A stretch of DNA of 23,621 nt from an uncultured Deferribacteres bacterium (GTDB taxonomy: Bacteria; Zhuqueibacterota; Zhuqueibacteria; Zhuqueibacterales; Geothermadaptataceae): the NCBI GenBank assembly GCA_964014485.1, contig CAXHAT010000128.1:1-23621 (forward strand), written 5' to 3'. The notes under the pieces are model-generated. The model ran no database searches. It was not told the origin of the DNA and saw only the letters and a program-made list of their open reading frames with translations. A program made the position numbers and the translations under genes. Positions 16,048-23,621 of this stretch are shown here, piece by piece (position 1 is the stretch's first letter; the number at the start of each line of letters is the position of its first letter).

Positions 16048-17331
16048 CTACTCCGCCATCGCGTCTTCATAAAGCATCTTCATCATTTCCTCCAAATCCG
16101 TGACTTCCGACTCGACCGGATCATGACGCGACGGCGTAATCTGCGGCGCAGCCGTACAATCGCGGCGCGGCGCGTCTTTAGTGAGCAATGAACTCAACGG
16201 CGTCGCCGCCTGCACGCGCTCGCTCATAAAAGGAATCTCGCCATTATTATCACGTGCAAATCTGAGCAAAATGGTTTTCAGCGTTGACGTATGATCAAAA
16301 ACTTCATGCGAAACTGATCGTTTGCCGATCCACGGCGAAACCACAATGGTCGGAATTCTTACGCCGAGGCTTTTGCGCATATGCGGATATCTGTCTTCAA
16401 CAGTCGGCGGTACGACATGATCATAAAAGCCGCCATGCTCATCGTAGGTAACAACAAAGAGCGTCTTTTCCCAGTTCGGGCTGCGCAATAAGGCGTTATA
16501 AACCTGGCTCACCAAGGCCTGCCCTTTTTGCACATTCTTCGGCGGATGGTCGTCGTTGCCGGAGCGGCTGAGAATGCCGAAGTTGGGGTCGATCCAGGCG
16601 ACGGACGGCAATCTGCCTTTCTTTGCATCGAGAAAAAACGACTGCATATTGTCGGTGAGCGGCTTAATCATGGTTTTCACTTTGCGATGCTGCTTGAAGA
16701 ACAACAGCGACGCCACGTCGGCGGCGTAATGCTTGACGCTGACGTTCGACAGAAACTCGAAGATCGTTTTTAAATCATAGGATCGGAAGGGAATGGTCTT
16801 GCCGGGATTAGCCGTTTCACCGTCCGACGTGCCCGCCATGGCGTATAGACGATTCGGCACCGTCGGCCCGGCCAGCGAGCAGAACCAGCGGTCGCAGACG
16901 CAGAACTGCTCGGCGAGATGATCAAACGCGCGCAACTGAGCGCCGGTGTGATAGCCCATAACCTTGCCGGGATCGTTCTTCTCTGCTCCCTTGACCAAGG
17001 TATGCGCTTTTTTACTCTCCATAAAGTTTCTGACGAATCCGCCGTTGTTGTCTTCGAGTTGGATTTGCGTGTCCTGGTAAGAATGCGCCGGATCCCAAGG
17101 GAAGATCAGGAAGTCATCATCCAGCGGTTGCGGCGTGTAGACTTTGTCTTTGTAAATGTTTCGGTATTCATCGGAGGCTTTCAGTCCGTCGATTTCATCG
17201 CGGCCTTTGCCGCCCATGGATTCAGGCAATGACAGGTAGCCGAGCATGTGGTCGAAGGAACGGTTTTCCAGCATGAGCACGACGATGTGGTCGATTTCGT
17301 CAAGCTTCGCAAGATTCAGATCGGTCATCAT
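16048..17331 (-). CDS. Phospholipase C / acid phosphatase AcpA-family phosphoesterase (alkaline phosphatase superfamily), no export signal
   Basis: Motifs 'IDHIVVLMLENRSFDHMLG', 'DPAHS', 'FCVCDRWFCSLAGPTVPNRLY', 'DDHPP', 'VTYDEHGGFYDHVVPP', 'LGVRIPTIVVSPW' and 'FDHTS'. RBS-like AAGGGG just upstream of the ATG. Confidence 0.92.
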   Translation of the reverse strand: MMTDLNLAKLDEIDHIVVLMLENRSFDHMLGYLSLPESMGGKGRDEIDGLKASDEYRNIYKDKVYTPQPLDDDFLIFPWDPAHSYQDTQIQLEDNNGGFVRNFMESKKAHTLVKGAEKNDPGKVMGYHTGAQLRAFDHLAEQFCVCDRWFCSLAGPTVPNRLYAMAGTSDGETANPGKTIPFRSYDLKTIFEFLSNVSVKHYAADVASLLFFKQHRKVKTMIKPLTDNMQSFFLDAKKGRLPSVAWIDPNFGILSRSGNDDHPPKNVQKGQALVSQVYNALLRSPNWEKTLFVVTYDEHGGFYDHVVPPTVEDRYPHMRKSLGVRIPTIVVSPWIGKRSVSHEVFDHTSTLKTILLRFARDNNGEIPFMSERVQAATPLSSLLTKDAPRRDCTAAPQITPSRHDPVESEVTDLEEMMKMLYEDAMAE

Positions 17332-17416
17332 GATCCCCTTGTGTTGGTAGTGACTCGCTTTTTTGACTGCGCTTTGGCTGGCAAGTCATTTGGCGGGAGG
17401 CGCAGCCTTAATAATG

Positions 17417-17444
17417 AATATAGGACAATAAGAGCTTGTGTCAA
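17417..17444 (-). promoter_or_regulatory. Candidate sigma70-type promoter for the minus-strand block
   Basis: On the minus strand: TTGACA (17444-17439), 16 nt, TATATT (17422-17417), about 85 nt upstream of the phosphoesterase start. Confidence 0.55.
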
Positions 17445-17783
17445 CGAAATCCGCGTCGAGTACGCAGACGACGGATCACGCTTTTCCGTACGACAAGCAT
17501 TATCGTTTGATTTCCCGGCGAGTACAAAAATATGCTACATGAGCGTTGAACGCTATCTAAAAGCTTACTCTGGTCCATCTAAAAAAGTCATGGATTTTAT
17601 CAGATTTCTTTGAGATATTCTCAAACCTTCCGCAACGGACATTCTACGGGACAAAAAACGCCGATCTCTTTGGGATCAGACGGCAAAAAAAGCGTCCCAA
17701 AGAATACAAGGGGTTATTGCATATTCTTCAGTGGGCGGCTTCATTTTAAATCCCTTTGTCGAAAACTTCATCGGTGATCCAAA

Positions 17784-20231
17784 ATGTTTAACGTGAGCAT
17801 ATCCATGAAAAACGGCAAAGCGCATTTTTTATTTTCAATCCTGTTTACGCTTGGCTTCGCGATCCAGGCGCTTTTGAGCCAAAGCAGCCAGGTGCCTTAC
17901 GGCGCGCGTCCGGCGGGAATGGGCGACGCTTTCGTCGCGCTTGAGAACGACGCCAATACGTTGTTTTGGAATCCGGCGGGCATGTCATGGCTTGAGCACC
18001 ATGAACTCATTACCATGTACGGCAATCCCCTCGGGGTGCCCGGATATTCCAATCGGATGCTGGGCTACGTCTTTCCGGTCTCTTCCCGCCTTGCCCTTGG
18101 CGCCAGCGGCTTCTTTGACGGCGTTCAGGATCTGGATGACAACAGTCTGGGTCTTGATTTCGGATGGACCATGCTGCAATTGTCATCAAGTTACAAGTTT
18201 ACGGACAAGCTTTCCTTTGGCCTGACCGGCAAGTTCGTACAGATGAGCGCTTCGGAAGACTTGCAGCAGCAAGGGAGTCCCGTCGGCTTTGGCGCAGACC
18301 TGGGGGCGTTTTACAAAACAAATAAATGGCGCTTCGGAGCGATGTGGCAAGACGCGGGCGGCATGCGCATCCGTCATGCAGCCGGAAGCGCCGGCGACGC
18401 AACAACGCCGGACTCGTTGCGCAGTTCCTGGGAAACCGTACGCGATCAACTCTTTCGTCTCGGCGCGGCCTGGTCTCCGCGTTCGCCATTGACATTCTCG
18501 GCGATGATTACGCCCGGAGATCGCATCCACTTCGGCGCTGAATACTGGATGTTGAACGACCTTGTCGCCGTGCGCGCGGGCTTGCAGCACGACGTCTACG
18601 ATACGCCGTCGCCGGAAACGATCTACGCCGCCGGTTTCAGCCTGAAAAAGTCTATCGTGCGCATCGATTACGCTTACGTTATGCCGCCAGTGCTGCCAAA
18701 CAGCTCTCGTCTGTCTTTGTCTCTGGCCGTTTCCTTCCGCCGCGCCAAAGTCAAGTTAAGCGATGAGCGTTTCGACAGGCTGTTTCCCAGCCGTTACGGC
18801 GACTATCAAGCACTTTCGCTCGGTCATGTGACGCTTGCAAACGAAGAAAAAACGGAGATCCTAGCCAGTGTCGAGTTTTTCATACCAGCCTTAATGGAAA
18901 AGGCGGAAACTGTGATCAGTAACAAGACCATGGCGCCAGGCGAGACAAGCACGATTCATTTCAGTCCGAAAAGCCTGCTTCGAAAAAAGGCTCTGGCCGT
19001 CGACAATCCACGGGGCGCTAACGCCGAAGTTCGGGTGCTTTATGATCAAGGCGCTGATGCCAATTTCAATAAGAAGCACAAGCGCAGATATAGAGTCCAG
19101 CTATTAAAAGCCGGGGCCGTCTCCTGGAAAAACGGACCCGGAGCTGCGGCCAGTTTCATATCACGCGATGCTCCAATTGTGCAGCAATTCGCACGCGACG
19201 TTCTCGATCCTTTCGCGGATGATTTATCAAAAGTCGAAGGCTCCGACAATTTACACAAAGCGGCTATCTTGTTTGACGCGCTTGGGCGTTTGGACATTCG
19301 CTACTTTCCTGACCAGGAGAAACCATTCGTTTCCATGGTCGCCGACACCAGCGGCGACGCCTTTGACGTGATTCACTATCCAAGCGAAACGCTGACGCGC
19401 TATGGACGCGGCGATTGCGACGACCTGACCGTGCTTTACGCTTCGCTGCTGGAATCCGTCGACGTGCCGACGGCGCTTGCTTTTTCACCAGGGCATATCT
19501 TTCTCTTGGTCGACAGCGGACAAAAGCCCTACGCCGCTGAAGAATTGTTTGACGATCCGTCCGTCTACCACGTCCGCGACGACAGGTTGTGGCTGCCCGT
19601 TGAAGTCACCATGATCGGCCAAAACTTTCATCAGGCAGTCATCAATTCCCGGATCAAAGACCTGCAACAGATGGTTACCGTAGAAAAAGCGTGGACGCAG
19701 TTCCGCCCCGGTTATCCGGCCCAAGAAAACCGGTCGCTGCCCGCGCCGCAACGCTCGAGCATCGAAACGCTCTATCACGCTGATCTCAAATGGCTGCAAA
19801 CGCGCGGCTTGAGCGCCGAGCGAGAAAACCTGGAAAAAACGCTCGCGACGCAGCCCGATCATCTCACGACTTTGAAAAAACTGGCGTTGCTCGAACGACT
19901 CGAAAACAACCGACAGCGCGCGAAAGAACTCTATCTGCGGCTTACTGAATTGGAAACCGACGTTCCGGAGCATCTTTTCGAATTGGGTCGTCTGCACAGT
20001 GCCGACGGTGAATTTGATGCGGCGGAAAGACAAGCGCAAGCTTTGCAAACGCGCTTTCCGCAGCAGCCGTATGCGCTGGTGCTGCGGGCCATAGCTTTCT
20101 ACGAAGCAGGCAACGATCAGGAAGCCCTGCAGGTTTATAGCCAGGCCAAACAGCTCGACCCGGAAGCGGCGGTGGTGAAGGAATACAAAGTGGACGTCTG
20201 GATCAATTCACGCAATGAACAAGGGAACTGA
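17784..20231 (+). CDS. PorV/PorQ(FadL)-like outer-membrane beta-barrel fused to an Ig-like region, a transglutaminase-like (Cys-His-acidic) domain and TPRs
   Basis: Signal peptide (start possibly ATG 17805) and 'YGARPAGMGDAFVALENDANTLFWNPAGMS'. Amphipathic beta-strands run to 'RIDYAY...RLSLSLAVSF'. Then 'IHYPSETL...GDCDDLTVLYASLLES...PGHIFL...LWLPVEVT' and C-terminal TPRs ('ALQVYSQAKQLDPE'). Confidence 0.85.
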   Translation: MFNVSISMKNGKAHFLFSILFTLGFAIQALLSQSSQVPYGARPAGMGDAFVALENDANTLFWNPAGMSWLEHHELITMYGNPLGVPGYSNRMLGYVFPVSSRLALGASGFFDGVQDLDDNSLGLDFGWTMLQLSSSYKFTDKLSFGLTGKFVQMSASEDLQQQGSPVGFGADLGAFYKTNKWRFGAMWQDAGGMRIRHAAGSAGDATTPDSLRSSWETVRDQLFRLGAAWSPRSPLTFSAMITPGDRIHFGAEYWMLNDLVAVRAGLQHDVYDTPSPETIYAAGFSLKKSIVRIDYAYVMPPVLPNSSRLSLSLAVSFRRAKVKLSDERFDRLFPSRYGDYQALSLGHVTLANEEKTEILASVEFFIPALMEKAETVISNKTMAPGETSTIHFSPKSLLRKKALAVDNPRGANAEVRVLYDQGADANFNKKHKRRYRVQLLKAGAVSWKNGPGAAASFISRDAPIVQQFARDVLDPFADDLSKVEGSDNLHKAAILFDALGRLDIRYFPDQEKPFVSMVADTSGDAFDVIHYPSETLTRYGRGDCDDLTVLYASLLESVDVPTALAFSPGHIFLLVDSGQKPYAAEELFDDPSVYHVRDDRLWLPVEVTMIGQNFHQAVINSRIKDLQQMVTVEKAWTQFRPGYPAQENRSLPAPQRSSIETLYHADLKWLQTRGLSAERENLEKTLATQPDHLTTLKKLALLERLENNRQRAKELYLRLTELETDVPEHLFELGRLHSADGEFDAAERQAQALQTRFPQQPYALVLRAIAFYEAGNDQEALQVYSQAKQLDPEAAVVKEYKVDVWINSRNEQGN

Positions 20232-20236
20232 AAACG

Positions 20237-21115
20237 ATGCGAAATAAATATAGCGGTTGCGTCTTCTCGTTGTGTCTGCTTGCACTCGCGCCGACAACCG
20301 GCTTGACGCAAAACAACGGCGGCGCATATCTGAAAAACTACTTTGCGCGCGAAGTCTCCGACGGCTTGCTGATCAAGCTCTTTCGCGTGCAAAAAGAGCT
20401 TGAAAACAGCGCGCGCGGCGACGATCCGCGCACCGGGCTTTTTCTAAATCTCTGGAAAATCAAGGCTGATCTGAACGAGCCGCCGGAGTACTTGACCGCA
20501 ACCGAGGATCAAGACAATAACTTTCCGCGTTGGTCCCCCGACGGCAAGCGCATCGCCTTTCTGCGCGGCACGCGCGCCACCAAACTCTGGCTTATGGACG
20601 CCGACGGCGGCAATCAGCGCGCTTTGACCGACGGCTCCGGCTCGGATCGATTCCCGCTGTGGAGCCCCGACGGCGAACGGATTGCTTTCGTGCGCAACGG
20701 CGCTTTGAGGATCGCTTCGATTGCCGCAGGAAAAGTTGACGCCGTTTCTATAAAAGAACGCGTTTATCAGCCCTGCGCTTGGTCGCAGGACGGGCGCGGT
20801 CTTTTGCTCGCCGTACAGGAACGCGACGAAACCTGTCAACTGATGCAGTTAAACGTGGATTCGTTGACAACGGTGATCGTCAACCCGGAACCGTCAAAGG
20901 ATTATAAAATTTTCACCGACCTGCGCCTGCATCCGAGTGAAGATCAAGTGCTCTATGATCAGTTCTTCGGCAGGCGCTGGGACGTGATCCTGCGTCACGT
21001 CGACGACAAATCGGGCGCGACAATTTCCGAATCCTGGTCCACCGATCTCAATCCCGATTGGTCGCCCGATGGCGCGTACATCGTCTATGCTTCAACACGT
21101 AAGCCCAGGCAGTGA
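20237..21115 (+). CDS. Exported TolB-like PD40 beta-propeller protein
   Basis: Signal peptide and PD40 repeats 'FPRWSPDGKRIAF', 'FPLWSPDGERIAFVR', 'CAWSQDGRGLL' and 'NPDWSPDGAYIVYAS'. It starts 5 nt after the upstream stop and overlaps the next gene by GTGA. Confidence 0.88.
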   Translation: MRNKYSGCVFSLCLLALAPTTGLTQNNGGAYLKNYFAREVSDGLLIKLFRVQKELENSARGDDPRTGLFLNLWKIKADLNEPPEYLTATEDQDNNFPRWSPDGKRIAFLRGTRATKLWLMDADGGNQRALTDGSGSDRFPLWSPDGERIAFVRNGALRIASIAAGKVDAVSIKERVYQPCAWSQDGRGLLLAVQERDETCQLMQLNVDSLTTVIVNPEPSKDYKIFTDLRLHPSEDQVLYDQFFGRRWDVILRHVDDKSGATISESWSTDLNPDWSPDGAYIVYASTRKPRQ

Positions 21116-22920
21116 AAACGATGACGAGAAAACGAAAAATCCTGATTCTGGCCTCGAATCCGGGGGATTTGGCGCGGCTGCGTTTGGACGTGGAAGTGCG
21201 CGAAATCAGCGAAGGCCTGCGTCGCTCGCGTCATCGCGAAGCCTTTGAAATTGTACAGCAATGGGCCGTCGGGCCGCGCGAAATGCGGCGCGCACTGCTT
21301 GACGTCGAGCCGGACGTCGTGCATTTCTGCGGGCACGGCGACGAAGACGGCTTGCTGGTTGAAGGAGATTCCGGCGATTTCATCATTATGCCAAACGACG
21401 CCCTCGCCGACCTGTTTTCGTTTTTTGCCGACAAAATCGAGTGCGTCGTCCTCAACGCCTGTTGGTCGCAGGCACAGGCTGAAGTGATTGCCGAGCATAT
21501 CGCTTACGTCGTCGGCATGAGCAAGCCGGTGAATGATCGCGCCGGAATCGAGTTCGCCGTCGGCTTTTACGACGGTCTGGGCGCTGGGGAAGATTATGAA
21601 GCCGCTTTCAGGCTCGGCAAGAACGCCGTGCACGGCTTCAACCTGCCTGATCACGAAGTGCCGCAGCTTATTGTCAACAAAGCCGCGGCCAGAACGCTGC
21701 GAGAGCGCAGAGAAGAAACTCAGGTCAAGACAGAAACAAGCGCAGAGGCGGCGAACGGCGGGAAGAGCCTGGATAAAAGATGGCTGATTGGCGTCCTGCT
21801 CGCTATTGTTCCGGCGGGCATAGCGGCCTTTGAATACATTCGTTCCGAGTTTTTTAAACCTTCGGCCCTGAAATATCTTAGCATTGCGGAACCGCTGCAA
21901 TTGCCCGACACCCTTTATCTCGCGCAGGCGACGGTCTATCGTGATTCATTCATGCAGGTCAAGCTGACCGGCGATTCTTCCAAACGCGCAACCGCCGATC
22001 TATCATTCTCACTCACTGCCGGTGACGCGCAGACACAGACGCGCAAGTTGCCGGTGATGAATGATTTCAAGGGTGGAAAAAGTATCAAGACGCCTTGGCC
22101 TGCGCTCGATTCGCTCGCTCGATTGATCGATAGACCGACAGACGCTCGCGCCGAATTGAAATTGGAGATTTCTTCCTTTGAAGACGACGCAGTCGAAGTT
22201 GTCGATTTCAAAAGCGACAGCATGGTGCTCGTGCCGAGAAATTATCTTGATCTCAGCGAGGCGCGGCATGTTTGGGCATTTGTGACATCGGAAATCGCCT
22301 TGTTTGCCAAAGTTGCGCGAGAGATTGAAGCTGCGCTCGATTCGCTTTATGACTCTGAAGACGGACGTTTCTTTGGGGTGAATTTCATCAAAGCGGTTGC
22401 CGTATGGCAGTGGCTGCAAGCGCAAGACCTAAACCAGAAACCAATTGGGCGCGGGGCGCAATACCTGCAATATCCGCCGGAAACGCTGGCGGCCAAAGCC
22501 GGAACCGGCAACGATCTGGCGGTTTTGTTCGCCACGCTTCTGGAAGCAATGGACGTGGACGTCGATTTCGCCGTTGTCGGCGGCAGGGACATTTTGATCT
22601 ATTTTGAAACGGACATTCAGGACAAGTCGCATCCGCTCTACCCCCAAAGCGACGACGATCCCCTGGCGACTATAGGGCCGCTCGACAAGGTTTGGCTGCC
22701 AGTGAATTTGAATGCATTCCATGAGACGTTTTACGAAGCGTGGTTTGTGAGCAGGCTGTTTAATAAGCGGCACGAGATTGTTGCGGCTGTGGCGCAGTCC
22801 ACGAATCAGGTTTGGATCGATGAGTTATTAGAACCGAACCTTAATTCAATTTCAGTATCGCAGATGAAACAGAATGTCGAAGTGGAAATCGCGGACTGGC
22901 GGCGGAGTCTTGCGCAGTAG
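21112..22920 (+). CDS. CHAT (caspase-like) - transmembrane helix - Ig-like region - catalytically inactive transglutaminase-like domain
   Basis: CHAT 'ILILASNP...LRLDVEVREI...DVVHFCGHG...CVVLNACWS'. TM 'KRWLIGVLLAIVPAGIAAFEYI'. Then 'LQYPPETL....GTGNDLAVLFATLLEAMD...GRDILI...VWLPVNLN'. Start is GTG 21112 or ATG 21121. Confidence 0.85.
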   Translation: MKTMTRKRKILILASNPGDLARLRLDVEVREISEGLRRSRHREAFEIVQQWAVGPREMRRALLDVEPDVVHFCGHGDEDGLLVEGDSGDFIIMPNDALADLFSFFADKIECVVLNACWSQAQAEVIAEHIAYVVGMSKPVNDRAGIEFAVGFYDGLGAGEDYEAAFRLGKNAVHGFNLPDHEVPQLIVNKAAARTLRERREETQVKTETSAEAANGGKSLDKRWLIGVLLAIVPAGIAAFEYIRSEFFKPSALKYLSIAEPLQLPDTLYLAQATVYRDSFMQVKLTGDSSKRATADLSFSLTAGDAQTQTRKLPVMNDFKGGKSIKTPWPALDSLARLIDRPTDARAELKLEISSFEDDAVEVVDFKSDSMVLVPRNYLDLSEARHVWAFVTSEIALFAKVAREIEAALDSLYDSEDGRFFGVNFIKAVAVWQWLQAQDLNQKPIGRGAQYLQYPPETLAAKAGTGNDLAVLFATLLEAMDVDVDFAVVGGRDILIYFETDIQDKSHPLYPQSDDDPLATIGPLDKVWLPVNLNAFHETFYEAWFVSRLFNKRHEIVAAVAQSTNQVWIDELLEPNLNSISVSQMKQNVEVEIADWRRSLAQ

Positions 22921-23026
22921 GTTTGTGCGAAACTGTATTGTGCGCGACTTACTACTTCAACTCCAAGTTCCATGCCGTCTTTTACAGATTAAAGACGATT
23001 CCGAACAAAGCCCAGAGAAAAAGCTT

Positions 23027-23621
23027 ATGAATAAGTATACTATACTAACCGGATGGCTGTCGCTATTGTTATTCGTGTCAGGATTTGCACAAAACCCGGC
23101 CTGGACCACTTTTACTACGAATGACGGTCTGGCGAACTTCCATGTTTTGGCCATTGCAGAAGACGGCAACGGTGCGCTCTGGTTTGGTACAATTGATGGC
23201 GTGAGTCGCTATGACGGCCAAAGCTGGACCACTTTTACCAGAGCTGATGGTTTGGCTGACAACCAGGTCACCGCTATTATAGAAGACAGCAATGGCGCGC
23301 TCTGGTTTGGTACAGAAGGCGGCGTGAGCCGCTATGACGGTCAGAACTGGACCACCTTTACCGAGGCGAACGGCTTGGCTGGCAACAGGGTTTTTGCCAT
23401 TGCACAAGACCGCAATGGCGTACTCTGGTTTGGTACAAATAATGGGGTGAGCCGCTATAACGGCCAAAGCTGGACCACCTTTACCACGGCTGATGGTTTG
23501 GCTGACAACGACGTTAACGCCATTTTCGAAGACAGTAAAGGCGCGTTGTGGTTTGGAACATCGTACGGCGTGAGTCGCTATGACGGCCAAAGCTGGACCA
23601 CTTTTACCAGAGCTGATGGTT
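23027..23621 (+). CDS. Exported two-component-regulator propeller (Reg_prop) repeat protein, N-terminal part (runs off the window)
   Basis: From ATG 23027: MNKYTILTGWLSLLLFVSGFAQNPAWTTFTTNDGLANFHVLAIAEDGNGALWFGTIDGVSRYDGQSWTTFTRADGLADNQVTAIIEDSNGALWFGT... There is no stop before the window end. It is absent from the ORF track. Confidence 0.9.
   Translation, partial: MNKYTILTGWLSLLLFVSGFAQNPAWTTFTTNDGLANFHVLAIAEDGNGALWFGTIDGVSRYDGQSWTTFTRADGLADNQVTAIIEDSNGALWFGTEGGVSRYDGQNWTTFTEANGLAGNRVFAIAQDRNGVLWFGTNNGVSRYNGQSWTTFTTADGLADNDVNAIFEDSKGALWFGTSYGVSRYDGQSWTTFTRADG
23102..23621 (+). repeat. 123-bp (41-aa) coding tandem repeat, at least 4.2 copies
   Basis: TGGACCAC(T/C)TTTAC recurs at 23102, 23225, 23348, 23471 and 23594. 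The 55-bp segments 23198-23252 and 23567-23621 are identical. Confidence 0.93.

Noticed and set aside
17248..17613. 121-aa plus-strand ORF across the divergent intergenic region
   Set aside because: It overlaps the phosphoesterase start and its candidate promoter and has no recognisable features.
23078..23590. 170-aa minus-strand repetitive ORF in the track
   Set aside because: It is the antisense shadow of the plus-strand Reg_prop gene, which has a signal peptide and recognisable motifs.
23102..23621. Regular repeats as a possible CRISPR array
   Set aside because: The period is 123 bp, a multiple of 3; the whole unit is conserved and protein-coding, with no unique spacers.

Overview
A 23.6-kb accessory-type region, probably from an FCB-group bacterium such as KSB1 or Calditrichota. 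That assignment is an inference from a PorV-like barrel and an 'NFPNPFNP' C-terminal sorting domain. The left edge holds the istB 3' end and right terminus of an IS21-family element that interrupts a PD-(D/E)XK/Cas4-like nuclease gene. The rest is two divergent gene blocks around a ~450-bp promoter region. The minus-strand block runs: signal-less phospholipase C/phosphoesterase > CHAT-TM-DUF1566 > orphan MacA-like adaptor > CHAT-TIR-AAA_35 STAND > AAA_35 STAND-TM-coiled coil-WD40 > membrane-anchored TPR-like protein > 2264-aa secreted 3x(FG-GAP propeller+ASPIC/UnbV) protein. The plus-strand block runs: PorV-like barrel-transglutaminase-like-TPR > TolB/PD40 propeller > CHAT-TM-inactive transglutaminase-like > Reg_prop repeat protein (partial). 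The most notable feature is three caspase-like CHAT domains with intact His/Cys dyads, two of them ~87% identical, each fused to a different sensor or effector module. This suggests a trans-envelope caspase/TIR/STAND immune-like signalling system. Domain calls come from motif recognition by eye; no database searches were run.
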